A stretch of DNA of 64,000 nt from Octopus sinensis (GCF_006345805.1 NC_043022.1:9176001-9240000); one strand, 5' to 3'; shown: positions 1-12,775, numbered from the stretch's first letter. Numbers and translations are program-made. Notes: generated from the letters alone by a model not told the origin.

Positions 1-211
1 TATTTAGCATATGTTTGTATATTTGTTTTCTACATGGTTCTTCGAATTATATATATATATATATACATACACAGGTATGTCATATTTTCTGTTGTCTTTT
101 TATTTAATCCTGAATATATATATATATATACATACATACATACATATATACATACATACATATATATATACATACATACATATATCTATACATACATACA
201 TATTATATACA

Positions 212-242
<31 letters not shown>

Positions 243-277
243 ATACATACATATATATATATAAATATATACATACA

Positions 278-309
<32 letters not shown>

Positions 310-326
310 AATATATATATATATAG

Positions 327-362
<36 letters not shown>

Positions 363-425
363 ATGTATGTATATATATGTGTGTATATATATATGTATAT
401 ATATATGTATGCATATATATATGTA

Positions 426-519
<94 letters not shown>

Positions 520-520
520 A
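1..520. repeat. (TA)n/(TACA)n compound microsatellite
   Basis: Direct inspection; source of the spurious YIYI ORFs. Confidence 0.95.
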
Positions 521-752
521 ACCCACCCTTAAAACCAGTTGCAACTGGTCTCTGTGAGTAGATCTATCTGTAATACTATTATATATCTCAAGTGTGTAAT
601 CTGACATCTTCCCTTGAAGAGGGTGCTACCACCACCACCATTACTACAGCTGCAGCTGGTGTCATTAATACAATTACAAGGCAATATTACTGCTAGTACT
701 TCTAATCCTTCTGTTATTACAGCTATTAAGACTACAAACACGACTAATGTCA

Positions 753-773
753 TTACTACTACTACTACTACTG

Positions 774-810
<37 letters not shown>

Positions 811-820
811 GACTACTACA
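753..820. repeat. (ACT)n microsatellite
   Basis: About 22 ACT units. Confidence 0.95.
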
Positions 821-832
821 TTATATTATATA

Positions 833-1170
833 TAAGAAGCTTGCTTCCCAACCACATGGTTCCAGGTTCAATCCCGCTGCCTGACACTATGGCATTCATA
901 ATGTATATATATGTGTGTATGTATACATACATATATATATGTGTGTGTGTGTGTGTGTGTCTTTGTGCCTCTTTTTGTCCCGCCTTTACTGTTTGACAAC
1001 TGGTTGATGTGTTTGTGTGCCTGTAAGTTAGCGGTTCAGCAAAAGGTTCTGATAAAATAAGTACTAGGCTTAAAAACAAAAGTTCTGGGGTTGATTTGTT
1101 CAGCTAAAACCTTTTAAGGTGGTACTCCAGCATGGCTGGAGTCAAATGACTGAAATATGTAAATAAAAGT
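833..1170 (+). mobile_element. tRNA-derived SINE family A, partial with internal deletion
   Basis: B box GGTTCAATCCC, internal (TA/TG)n and 3' segment CTCCAGCATGGC...AATGACTGAAA shared with the other copies. Confidence 0.75.
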
Positions 1171-1185
1171 ATATATATATATATA

Positions 1186-1483
1186 TCACCGTGATCACCG
1201 TGACCGACCAGGCTATCAGATGTTGCTACACATCGCTGGTCACAATGCGCTTTGCATTGTTTTAGCCTTCAAATGACGCCACCCCGCTGGCTAAGCGAGC
1301 AGGCCAACAGAAGAAAGAGTGAGAGAAAGTTGTGGTGAAAGAGTACAGCAGGGGTCGGCACCGCCCCCTGCCGGAGCCTCGTGGAGCTTTAGGTGTTTTC
1401 GCTCAATAAACACTCACAACGCCCGGTCTGGGAATCGAAACCGCGAGTCCGCTGCTTTAACCACTAGGCCATTGCGCCTCCAC
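1186..1483 (-). mobile_element. tRNA-derived SINE family D, tail variant 1
   Basis: Minus strand GTGGAGGCGCAATGGCCTAGTGGTT (A box) ... GGTTTCGATTCCC (B box); body shared with 2357 and 11513; ends (CACGGTGAT)2; sits in (TA)n. Confidence 0.8.
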
Positions 1484-1506
1484 ACACATATATATATATA
1501 TATATT

Positions 1507-1912
1507 CTCTCTTTCTCTTTTATTCTCTTTTACTTGTTTCAGTCATTTGACTGCGGCCATGCTGGAGCACCGCCTTTAGTCGAGCAAATCAACCGCGGGA
1601 CTAATTCTTTGTAAGCCCAGTACTTATTCTATCGTTCTCTTTTGCCGAACCGCTAAGTGACGGGGACGTAGACACACCAGCATCGGTTGTCAAGCAATGC
1701 TAGGGGGACAAACACACACACACACACATACACATATATACATATATACGACAGGCTTCTTTCAGTTTCCGTCTATCAAATCCACTCACAAGGCATTGGT
1801 CGGCCCGGGGCTATAGCAGAAGACACTTGCCCAAGATGCCACACAGTGGGACTGAACCAGGAACCATGTGGTTGGTAAGCAAGCTACTTACCACACAGCC
1901 ACTCCTGCGCCT
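1507..1912 (-). mobile_element. tRNA-derived SINE family A, full length
   Basis: GGCGCAGGAGTGGCTGTGTGG (A box), GGTTCAGTCCC (B box), CORE-like CTTGGGCAAG, internal microsatellite, GAGTAAA-like tail; about 30 related copies or fragments in the window. Confidence 0.9.
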
Positions 1913-1945
1913 ATATATATATATATACATACATATATATATATA

Positions 1946-3042
1946 CAGGGTGTGAAAGGTAAATTGTCGCCATTTTATATTCTTAATTTCATGCATGCAC
2001 ATTGTTTGTCTTTGATTTTGTCGACTACACAGTATAGTAGGGTCAGTTGGGCACCATCTGTGAGAAAAACAGTACCATCATGCAATTCACTCTGCCCGAA
2101 ATTTGTAAATGACATGCTGTACTGCTTGGCATTTGTGCCGGAAGCGTCAATACAAACATTTCAGAGTGTTTGGGTGTCAAACTGAGGACAATGCAAAGGA
2201 TTCAAAAAGAGCTGAATGAATCTAATGGTGATTACGAAGGTACAGCAGCTTGGAAAACTCACTCTGATCGTTCTGATAAGAAAAGAACTCCTGAAATTGT
2301 TGGTGAGATCCAGGCCATGATTGACAATGTTCCCTCCAAGCCAATCAGGTCCATTGGTGGAGGCACATGGCCTAGTGGTTAGAGCAGCGAACTCGCTGTC
2401 GAAGGATTGCGGGTTCGAATCTCAGACCGGGCGCTGTGCGTGTTTATGAGCAAAACACCTAAGCTCCATGCGGCTCCAGCAGAAGGTAATGATGAACTTC
2501 TGCTGACTCTTTCGCCACAACTTTCTCTCACTCTTTCCTCCTGCATCTTGCTGCTCACCTGCGAAGGACCGGTGTCCCGTCCAGGTGGGGAAACTATACG
2601 CCAAGAAAACCGGCCCTTATGAGCCAAGCATGGCTCGAGAAGGAATAAACAACAAATCAGGTCCCTTGCCAGGTATATTGGGAGTGTCTGAGTTTCTTAT
2701 CAGGCAAATAGTGCATGAAGACTTTCGGTATTACTCATACAAGATGAGAAAGGACCAATTTTTATCCCAAGCCATCAAGGACAGAAAGAAAGACTGTGTA
2801 CGAAGCGTTTCAACAAACTTGAATATCCCCTCCAACTGAACATGCTTTGGTTTTTCTCAGACGAGAAAATTTTCTGCCAGGATCAGATGGTGAACATACA
2901 GAACCATTGGATTGCCGTATACCCAATACATGTACTGGGGGTGATAAAAAACATCCATAAACATCAAGGACTATGGCTGCATTCACCAACTTATACAAGG
3001 GGACTATCCAGAAGAGCAGCAGGAGATTCCAAAGTCATCTGA
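1946..3042 (+). mobile_element. Tc1/mariner DD37D (maT) transposon, decayed; N-terminal half plus a 3' remnant
   Basis: TA-CAGGGTGTG terminus; peptides VKLRTMQRIQKEL, KKRTPEIVGEIQAMID, LIRQIVHEDFRYYSYKMRK, LWFFSDEKIFCQDQ (first catalytic D); homologous to the copies at 20027 and 40215. Confidence 0.85.
2357..2654 (+). mobile_element. tRNA-derived SINE family D, tail variant 2 (V-domain-like), nested in the maT element
   Basis: A box TGGCCTAGTGG, B box GGTTCGAATCTC; 14-bp TSD AATCAGGTCC(A/C)TTG at 2343-2356 and 2655-2668; CCTGCGAAGGACCGGTGTCCCGTCCAGG resembles the V-SINE domain. Confidence 0.85.
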
Positions 3043-3438
3043 CTCCCACCCCCTTGTCAGAAAACAGCTTCAGGAGTTGTGAAGAACGAATTTGTACATA
3101 GTCTGTTTCTGAGAGCTATTCTATTGGACCTCTGTCTAATCATTAAAACATTGGACGATCTTTCGATATGGGAACACACGACTGTCACTTACAAACCACT
3201 TATAAACCACGAATGAAAATCAAGTTCAGACCTTTACATGGTAGGTAGATCTGGTAGAAATAGCAGCCAAATCTCCCTCAAAACACCCTACTGTATTAAT
3301 CTGACAATTCTGCCTATTATGTAGTTAGAATGAGAAACTGTAACTAAAGATGAAGATAATCAACCCCAGAAAGAGGTGAAAGAAGAGAGACAGCATAGGG
3401 AAAGTTTTGGCTGACTGTCATCCTGTAGTCCCCTTGTT

Positions 3439-4650
3439 GCTAGCGGAATGGTATATGGCGACTATGTGAGCAACTGGTTGTTTTAATGGCAAAACAAAGA
3501 GCGGAATTTCATTAGAAAAAGTTTTAATAAATTTTCTTGGTAAGTATGGGTGCTAGGAAAAAAACAGAAGAGGCATTAAGAAGTTGATGTTAAGAATTGC
3601 TTCAACAGTTAGAAAATGTTTGACATTTCAATAATCACCAAAAAATGAAGCTGTAAGAATTTACGGGGAAATTGTATGTAAGAAGTAAAGCAGAAATGAT
3701 TTTTAACTGTACTGTCAAAGTTCTGCAACTTAATAGCAGACGTATCCAATTGAAGAAAAGTGAAGATAAAAGCTAAGTGAAGTATGGAATAAGTCATGGT
3801 TATACGCTTATAGAAAAAATAGACATATACCTTTTTAGGGAACAAAATGTAGGTGAGAGCTATTGTATTGGACGTCTGTGAAATCAGAGAGCAGAAATTG
3901 AAAGAAGATATAGGAAATGGACATGTGTGTGCTTTTCCGGCTAATTTGGCGGAAGTTTTGCAGTCAGCAGGAGGTGGTTTGTGTTTATCTCTCTAATCGA
4001 ATTGTTGTTAATTCGTCTGTAATAGCAATGCCCGGACAAGTGAAAATATCTTCATTTTTTACGCCTTCGCCTGCAGTAAAATGAGTCAAGAGCCCTTCTC
4101 CGTAAAATATTTATATTTTTGTAATATAGGGTTGGGTGGAAAGGGGATCTTTTGAAGTTGGTGTGAAGCGGAAGAATTGATGTGCGTGCGTGTGTGTGTG
4201 AGAGAGAGAGCTTGTGTGTGTGTGTGTTTGATGGGGTGTATGAGACAAAGTGTGGTGTGTATGTGAATTGCTATTGTTAGTGTGTGTGAAGAGACAGAGA
4301 GAGTAATGTTGCTGGTGTGTATGTATCTGAGAGAGAGAGAGAGGAAGAGAGAGAGATAACTGAAATTTTTTATTCACTTTTTGTAGTGAGTGAATGTGTA
4401 AGTGACTGACAGAGAAAAGGAGAGAGAGGTTATGAATGTTGGCAGGGGGAATTCCATTAGAAAAAGTTTTAATCGATTTTCTCGGTAACTATGGGGGCTA
4501 GGAAAAAAATATAAACTGCATTCCAATCTATGCACCTGTCTCCACATGTGTGCCATTTTTCATGCGAATCCACCCAGCCATAGGCTGTGAACCTCAAAAC
4601 AAGAAAGAATACAACGCTTGCCCACATCCAATTTATATTATAGATATAGA
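3439..4650 (-). mobile_element. Putative non-autonomous Helitron, degenerate
   Basis: Minus-strand start A^TCTATATCTATAATATAAA at 4650; 4230-4375 resembles internal sequence of the Helitron at 37680-37785; internal ~60-bp direct repeat (3503/4448). The 3' end is uncertain. Confidence 0.4.
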
Positions 4651-5364
4651 TACATATACAGGTGTGTATATATATATGATAGGCTCTATGCAGTTTCCAT
4701 CTACCAAATTCATTCAAAAGGCATTGTTCATCCTAGATCTATAGAAAAAGCACTTGCCCAGGATATCACACAGTAGGACTGAACCTAGAATCATCTACTT
4801 GTAAAGTGAGCTCCTTAACCACACGGCCATGCTGGCACTTGAGAATAAAATAATAAAACTTTTTCTTGTTAAACATCCAACACCACTCCTGGGTAGAGTG
4901 AAGATGAGGTGGGCATGGAAGAAATAGCTAACAGGACAAAAGGAGGTAAAAATGTTTAAGGGGCAAAGAACCATTTCATGGTTACACAACTTGTCCATCC
5001 CTGACAAAATGGCAGCATGAACCATTGCAGTGGACTTGGCTGCCAGCCAGATCCAATCCATTCGGTCTCTCCTATATGCAAACAGTAACAGCTGCTTGAC
5101 ATCATTTAGTCATGTTGGGTTGTAATAAGGAGTTTCTGGTGGAGAAAAACAAAAAGAGTTTCGAGTCTCTTTTTTTGTGTGTTACAAAGGAAACATAAAT
5201 AGATGAATATGAGAACAGAACAAACACCAACAATGAAGAGGAGAGAGAGAGAGAGAGTTGGTGTGTGTGGGGGGAGGGGGGGAAGGGGGGGGAAGAGTGA
5301 ACAATATAAGACACATGATGCAAATTACAAAAGCAATTGACATTAGAATGTAAAAGTCCATACA

Positions 5365-5618
5365 TACAAACACACACACACACATATATGTATGTATGTA
5401 TATATACACAATGAAATACATGACAATCAGATGTGATCTATTAGAAGCATGTGCACATACTTATGGAAGGAACACTTAGACAAATATACCCGTATGCACA
5501 CACCACACACACACACAAATGTATGCAAGTATATATAATTACATAGATACATACATGTACATACATGCATACATACATACATTAACACATACACACACAC
5601 AAACATACACACTCAAAG

Positions 5619-5651
<33 letters not shown>

Positions 5652-5930
5652 ATATATATACATACATGCAAACACAGACATTAACAGATACATACACACA
5701 AAAACATACACACTCGAAGCTACATATATATACATACGTGCATACATACATACACATGCAAACACAAACACACAAACTTGAAGATACATACGTACACACG
5801 CTACATACACATAAACATACACACATACTTAAATACATATATGCATACAAACACGAACACATACATACACACTCAAAGATATATACATACATGCATGCAT
5901 ACATATATACATACATTAACACACGCACAC
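5365..5930. repeat. (CA)n/(TACA)n low-complexity tract; similar tract at 6390-6680
   Basis: Direct inspection. Confidence 0.85.
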
Positions 5931-7194
5931 ATGTGGTAGAAGTCAACTCATGACTGAGTCAGACCACTTCCTAAACTCAGTAAAACCTATGCAAACATTC
6001 CAAGGGTCCAAAAAGGTTCTTGTGAGTGAGTTTGTTTTCAATGGATAAAGCATTGCATAGCACTGAACCCACTTTTCAATGTAATACCTATAAACCCAGC
6101 GGCACAAACCAGAGGCACAAAAGGGGTTGAGATGACCAGAAACAAACTGCACTTCTGGTGTTTTTTTTCTCCTGGAATGAAGTTCTGAGAAGAACTAGGG
6201 GTCCTTCATTACCTGTGGTTCACATACTAGTTAACCCATAGCTGAGGCCCAAAAGGGTGCTACTACTCCAGGTCAGGTTAGAACCAGGAACAGCAGTGGC
6301 TAAGTGGTGGTTCCTCACTCCTCAAAATCTTGGAAATCCCATATTAAGGGCTCCACTACTGGGTGCAGTTTAAAGTCGTACCCCACCCACCATACACAAA
6401 CATACACTCATACATACAGACACACACATACATACAAATAGGCATACATACATAGCTTCATATGTTCAAATATGCATAGACACACACACACACACATATA
6501 TACACAGATACATAAATACAAACATACATACACATATGTACATGCACACATACACAAACATACACTCATACATACACATACATACACACACATACATACA
6601 TACATACATACACATGTACAAAGAGGCATACACACACATATCCATACACACAAACATGCATACACATACACACACACATCACTGTGATAGCAATTTCAAG
6701 TTTTGGCACAAGGCCAGCAATTTCAGGGGATGGGAGAAGTTGATTACATCAACCTTGGTGTTCAAGTGCTACTTATTTCATTGACTCCAAAAAGAATGAA
6801 GGGCAAAGTCGACTCCCACCCACCCCAACACAGTAACAATTCTGCCATCACAGCATGAACAAGCTGGAAAGAAAGGAGAATGGGGATATATTTAACAGTT
6901 CTTTACCAATAAAACTGTGATATCAAGGTTGCAGAAACAGAGGAAGAACCCGGTCAAAGTGCGGTCAGGTTACAACAAAGTAATTGATTCCGTTCCCCAC
7001 CCATGAATTCTTGAGGCCTTTTGACTTACTAAAATTCCAGATATCATAACCAAACTCCATAGACAACTTGACTTTGTCTAGGTCCACCCTTCTGAAATTA
7101 AAAACAGGAAGCGGTTTTACTGTTACTGGTAGGAAACAGTATCACTGAAGTATATTTCAAGAGGACAAACAACCTCTTTACGATGTCTGTTGTT

Positions 7195-7505
7195 GTCGTC
7201 ATCGTTTAACGTCTGCCTTCCATACAAGCATGGGAGGGAACAGTTTCACAAGAGCTGGCTAGGCAGAAGAGCCTGCACCAGACTTCTATGACTGTTTTGG
7301 CAGGATTTTTACAGCTGGATGCCCTTCTTAATACCAACCACCCAGCAGAGTGGACTTAGTGCTTTTTATGTGGCACAGGCGAAGTCAGTTTTGGCAAGGT
7401 TTTTACAGCTGGATGCTCTCCTGAACACCAACCTCTTCACAGTGTGGACTGGGTGCTTTTAAGTGGCACCTGCCCTGACAGGGCCACCAAGTACTTGCAA
7501 GACAA
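7195..7505 (-). mobile_element. Non-autonomous retroelement family C (GGAAGGGCATCCAGCTGT motif, (GAT)n tail)
   Basis: Shared with 8450-8665, 10200-10620, 24845-25090, 28200-28310, 32140-32240, 46447-46635, 62030-62220 and 63140-63378. The motif resembles RTE 5'-UTR-derived SINE bodies (recalled knowledge). Confidence 0.7.
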
Positions 7506-7599
7506 AAAAAAAACCATTCAAGAGGGGAGGAGGCATTGGAGGGAGTGATCTTGTATTGGATGATGAGAGGTTATAGTGAGACACTTTCAGTAAATACCC

Positions 7600-7925
7600 T
7601 GAAGGTGCATGACTTAGTGGTTAGGGTTAGTCAGCTCACAATTGTACGGTTGTGAGTTCTGTTCCTGGTGGCATATTGTGTCCTTGAGCAAGACACTTTA
7701 TTTCACATTGCTCCAGTCCACCCAGCTGGCAAAAACGAGTAGTATCTGTATTTCAAAGAGCAAGCCTTGTCACCTTCTGTGTCACACTGAATTTCCCTGA
7801 GAACTACATTAAGGGTACATGTGTCTGTGGAGCACTCAGCCACTTGCATGTTAATTTCACAAGCAGGCTGTTCCATTGATTGGATCAACTGGAAGCTTCA
7901 TCGTCAAAACTGACAGAATGCCAAG
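7600..7925 (+). mobile_element. tRNA-derived CORE-type SINE (family E)
   Basis: Head GAAGGTGCATGACTTAGTGGTTAG; CORE-like TTGTGTCCTTGAGCAAGACACTTTATTTCAC; related copies at 14150-14480(-), 23525-23615(+), 53425-53697(-) and 61690-61975(+). Confidence 0.75.
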
Positions 7926-7958
7926 AAGTACTCTGAAGTTTTTTTGTAACAAAAATCT

Positions 7959-8170
7959 GGAAGATATGCAATTGGTCAGCAGGAAGGCAAAACCATCAAG
8001 CAAATACATTGATTCTTTGTGGACAATTTGAAAATATATGTCAGGAATATGAATGGTACAAAATAAAGAGTTGGCCTACTTGTGACATTCTCAAAAGATA
8101 TAGTTCACCCAGGAAAAATTTTCTTCTCCCTTTCCACGTCTCCCTCTCCCCCTCTCTCTCTCTCTTTGTG

Positions 8171-8227
<57 letters not shown>

Positions 8228-9262
8228 ATCCAAACAAGAAAGCACAAAAAAACACAACAACGCAAGGACGTGGCACAAATATAGTATTATTGGACACTCA
8301 GGAAAGAAGGAAAGAAGGAGGGTTTAATGTTTGGAGCGGAGCTCTTCGTCGGAAACATAGAAGGAAAGATCCAGAGAAGGGAAGACAGAGGAAAAAAAAT
8401 CACCAAAAGTACACACGCGGTCACATTTTTATATATATATATATCAACCGATTGTGGTCGTAGCCAGCCTCCTGTGCCAGTGGCACATTAAAAAGCACTC
8501 ACTACACTCATGGAGTGGTTGGCGTTAGGAAGGGCATCCAGCTGTAGAAACACTGCCAGATCAGACTGGAGCCTGGTGCATCCTTCTGGTTTCCCAGACC
8601 CCAGTCGAACCGTCCAACCCATACCAGCATGGAAAACGGACGTTAAACAATGATGATGATCATCATCATTTAACATCCACTTTTCCTCACTTGCATGGGT
8701 CAGACAGAATTTGTTGAGGTGGACTTTCTATGGCTGGATGCCCTTCCTGTCACCAAGCTTCACCTGTTTCCAAGGTAATATTTCACATGGCCAGATATGT
8801 TTTTCCATGGAAAACTGAAAACTAACAACACATCTTATATGACACTGATGCTCATTTACAACAATCACATGATGTCAAGACAAAGGGTACACACACATGC
8901 ACACACATGTACAAACACACACACACAACAAGTATCTCTCAGTTTCTGTCTACCAAATCCACTTGCAAGGTTTTTGTTGACCCGAGGCTATAGTAGAAGA
9001 CATTTGCTCAAGATGCCACATGGTTGGAAAGTAAACCACACAGCCACATGACCATTATGGTTATAAAATAAAGAAGAACAACAATCCTATCCAGTAACAT
9101 AATTATCAATAACCTGTCTATTTCTCTGATATCAAATAAGGAATGCTAAAGATATTTAGGGATCGATGAAAATATTGCATATGATGGGACCCATAACAAG
9201 GAACACACAACCAAGGAATACAATACCAGGATAAAGAAAATATGGTCTTCTGAACTTGACAC
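7959..9262 (+). pseudogene. Old R4-clade LINE reverse transcriptase fragments (7959-8102 and 9105-9262), split by later insertions
   Basis: Translations IH*FFVDNLKIYVRNMNGTK*RVGLLVTFSKDI and RYLGIDENIAYDGTHNKEHTTKEYNTRIKKIWSSEL parallel HLIYMDDLKLFAKN...QFSDDI and YKYLGVIE...RRVRAILKT of the 15-17 kb element. Confidence 0.7.
8225..8430 (-). mobile_element. Penelope-like element end with degenerate minimal hammerhead (8322-8356), in (TA)n
   Basis: Minus strand GTTT-CCGACGA-A-GAGC-TCC-GCTC-CAAA-CATT-AAAC: stems I and II intact, core mutated relative to CUGANGA/GAAA. Confidence 0.55.
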
Positions 9263-10820
9263 ATGCTAATAATAAATAACAGACCACAGTTAAATTGCTC
9301 CACATGTACTCATATTGGCTTTAAATTTCTGCACAAGGCCAGCAATTTCGAGGGAGGGGGGCTAAGTAGATTACATCACCCCCAGTACTAAACTGGAACT
9401 CATTTTATTAACCCTGAAAGGATGAGAGGCAATATCAACTTCAGCAGAATTAGAACTCAGAATGTAAAGACAGAGAAAATGCCGTTAAGCATTCTGTCCG
9501 GCATGCTAATAATTCTGCCAGCTCTCCACCTGAGCAAGCCTTAATTTTGCTTCCAAATTTTGCCACACAGCCAGCAGTCTTCAAGAAGGGGTTAAGGTGA
9601 TTACACTGACCCTAGTGCTCAACTGGTACTTATTTTATCAACCCCAAAAGGATGTGAGGCTGGGGTCATCCTAGGTCAGTGGTCCCAGAGATGTCATCAT
9701 GCATAGAGCTAACCAGGTCCACCAGTGCTCTCTTTTGCTGGTGGTCCCATGCCAGCCCCTCCACAAATGAATATGCAAACCATCGATTCTAAATGATGTT
9801 CCTCTTTTGCTTGTTTGTTTTTGTCTTTTATTTGAGTTTGGAATTACTGTTCTGGCATCAAGTAATTTTATGTAATAATGTCATTTTCTCCAAATCATTT
9901 AAGATCTGTTGATGTCAATGGAATATATAAAGAAGAAAAAAGATAAAAAGATGTAAAGGGAAAATAATCTAATGATCATTAAAAAAACAACCCAAAAGCA
10001 ATCTAATAATCTCTGAAAATGAAGTCTTTGAGAAGCAATTCCAGTTCTATAATATCCCTGGATTTACTGGCATTTCTGTAACACATTATGTCCAAATCAA
10101 GCAAGCACAGAAAAACTCATCATTATGATGATCATGATGATGATGATGAAGATTTTGTAAGTAGCATTTATATGTTGAACTCATCTTTGTCGTCATCATC
10201 ATCATCAATTAATGTCCATTTTCCGTGCCAGCATGAGTTGGACAGTTCCACAGGAGCTGGCAACCCAGAAGAGTGCACTGAGTTTCAATATCTGTTGTGG
10301 TATGGTTTCTGCAGTTGGATGCCCTTCCTAATGCCAACCACATAACAGAGTGAAGTGGGTGCTTTTTATGTGTTATGGCATTAAGCTCCACTGGAATGGT
10401 TTCTAAGGTTGAATGCCCTTCCTAACATCAACCACTTCATAGTGTGTACCGGGTGCTTTTTATGTGGCATGGCACCAAGCTCCACTGTCTCTTTTGGCAT
10501 CATTGTTTCTATGACTGGATGCCCTTCCTAACACCGACCGCTTCACTGAGTGTTATCGGATGCTTTTTATGTGGCACCAGCACCAGTGAGGTCACCAAGT
10601 AACTTGCAAGACAAAGATCCCTCAAGTGAGAAAGTAGAAGCATCGAGGGTGGTGGCTGTGTACCTGGTGTTGAGAGTTCAAAGTAGTGGTTCTCAACTGG
10701 AGTTGACATGACCCTTGAGGGTCCATATAAGATTTTGTTAAAAGTTTATCTGCAATAAATTGGTTATACTTCTTCAATACACAAAATATTCTAGCGATTT
10801 TTTTTTTATATACAATTATA

Positions 10821-11230
10821 TAGGTGCAGAAGTGGGTGGGTGGTAAATAGCTTGCTTACCAACCACATAGTTCTGGGTTCAGTTCCACTGCGAGGCATCT
10901 TGGGCAAGCGTCTTCTACTATAGCCTCGGGCCAACCAAAGCCTTGTGAGTGGATTTGGTAGATGGAAACTGAAAGAAGCCCGTCGTATATATGTATATAT
11001 ATGAGTGAGTGTGTATATGTTTGTGTGTCTGTGTTTGTCCCCCCAACATCGCTTCACAACCAATGCTGGTGTGTTTATGTCCACGTAACTTAGCGGTTCA
11101 GCAAAAGAGACCAATAGAATAAGTACTAGGCTTACAAAGAATAGTCCCAGTGTTGATTTGCTTGACTAAAGGAGGTGCTCCATCATGGCCGCAGTCTAAT
11201 GACTGAAACAAGCAAACGAATAAAAGAGTA
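10821..11230 (+). mobile_element. SINE family A, full length
   Basis: Same head, body and tail as 1507-1912. Confidence 0.9.
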
Positions 11231-11512
11231 CAGAGTAATTCCTAATAATATTTAATTACAAAAATTAAATGTGATTTTTTTTTTTAAACAGCAAATGGCT
11301 GGGAGGGTCCAAGTGAGTAAAACCAGAACTATTGGGGTCTATAGGAGGAAAAGTGGTTGAGGATCACTGGTTTAAAGTATGATAGAGGGACAGAAATAAA
11401 TGTCTTGCTGTAGAGGAGATACATAGTCAGCCCAGTTGGAGAAGGGGAGAGGAGAGAGGGGCATGGATTGGATGGTTTGACAGGAACTGGCAAGGTCAGG
11501 AGCCACAACAGG

Positions 11513-12052
11513 GTGGAGGTGCAATGGTCCAGTGGTTAGGGCAGCGGACTCGCGGTCATAAGAATGTGGTTTCAATCCCCAGACCAGGCATTGTGAGTGT
11601 TTATTGAGCAAAAACACCTAAGCTCCATGAGGCTCCGGCAGTACTCTTTCACCACATCTTTCTCTCACTCTTTCTTCCTACTTCTGCCACAAAGCAGAGG
11701 AAGCATGGTGTAACCCACTATGGTGTGGTAAACTTTCAGACCCTCGATAGATTGCGAATCCTCTGTACCCCAGGATGGTTCAGCTCTCCACCCGCTAAAA
11801 ACCACCATATACAGAATGAGAATAACAATGTAGCTTTCACGTCCGTGCAACCACCAGTCTATTGCGTGTGGTGAGTGGATCTTCAAGTTGCCACACGCAA
11901 TCTTAGTAGCTTAGAGTAGGCTCAAATTAGAGATTATTCTTTGTGGCTAATGGCGTGAGAACTGATTGGAAGGAGGAGGAGGAGGAGAAGAAGGAGAAGA
12001 AGAAGACGAAGAAGAAGACAAAGAAGAAGACGAAGAAGAAGAAGAAGAAGAG
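11513..12052 (+). mobile_element. tRNA-derived SINE family D, tail variant 3 with (GGA/GAA)n end
   Basis: Head GTGGAGGTGCAATGGTCCAGTGGTTAGG and body to CTCTCACTCTTTCTTC shared with 1186 and 2357; then about 290 bp of unrelated sequence and a purine-triplet tail. Confidence 0.65.
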
Positions 12053-12719
12053 CTACAACAGGCTCCACTGTTTTGACTTGGTTTTTACAGCTGGATGCCC
12101 TTCCTAATGCCAACCACTTCAGAGTGTACGGGGTGCATTTTTTTTTTTTTTTTGATGTGGCACCAGCACCAAATATATCACAGGCTTCTTTCAGTTTCCG
12201 TGTACGAAATCCAGTCAACAAGATTATAGTATAAGACACTTGCCCAAGTTAGCATACAGTGGGACTGAACCCAGAACCATGTGGCTGGGTTCTGACCACC
12301 CAGCCACACCTGCACCAACACATAAAAATAAAAAGAACCCCAAAAGATATAAAATATCGACAAGATATAAAATTCACATGATTGTAGGATGCTCTGTCAA
12401 TTTGTCCTCATACCATTTGCATAAATGATTAAGGAAGGCAGAGAGCCATTGGAAGCTATGGCTGACTCATGGAGATATATTTGACAGCTTCGTTAAATTT
12501 CATCTCCTTCAAAGCTCGTTTAGAATCACATCAATGGGATAATGGCTTTATCTTTTGATATATTGATTGTTTTTTTCTTGTTTTTAACTTAGATTTTTTT
12601 AATAATATTTTTTTTTTCCCCGATGTGAAATATTCATGCAAAACTGAAAGTGTTTTATTTTTTAAACTTTATTTTTTGAGAAAGTCTTGATGTTTTTCTT
12701 TAGTAGAAATTTATATACA

Positions 12720-12775
12720 TGGATGGATCAATCGATAGATTGATAGGAAGGCAGGTAGGTAGGTAGATAGATTGG

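Noticed and set aside
11-607. Many [12 protein letters not shown] ORFs here and at 5.4-6.7, 19.5, 32.9, 39.1-39.9 and 41.1 kb
   Set aside because: Translations of (TA)n, (CA)n and (TACA)n microsatellites.
1440-1912. tRNA-like A/B box sequences as tRNA genes
   Set aside because: No complete cloverleaf; each continues into a SINE body.
3192-3250. Possible small minus-strand exon ending at gtaagtg
   Set aside because: Acceptor side lies in a dispersed repeat and the flank resembles repeat sequence at 3855.
4795-5100. 88-aa ORF MDWIWLAAKSTAM...
   Set aside because: No splice signals or recognisable domain; possibly a decayed LINE piece, but I cannot support a call.
10003-10076. Minus-strand acceptor giving ENASKSRDIIELELLLKDFIFRDY* in phase with RAD51C exon 1
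   Set aside because: No convincing similarity to RAD51C exon 2 and it stops early; at most a cryptic terminal exon.
10806-11114. Recurrent ORFs such as RRASFSFRLPNPLTR, DGLLSVSVYQIHSQG and NWYLIYRPRKDERQSRP
   Set aside because: Translations of SINE families A and B; not genes.
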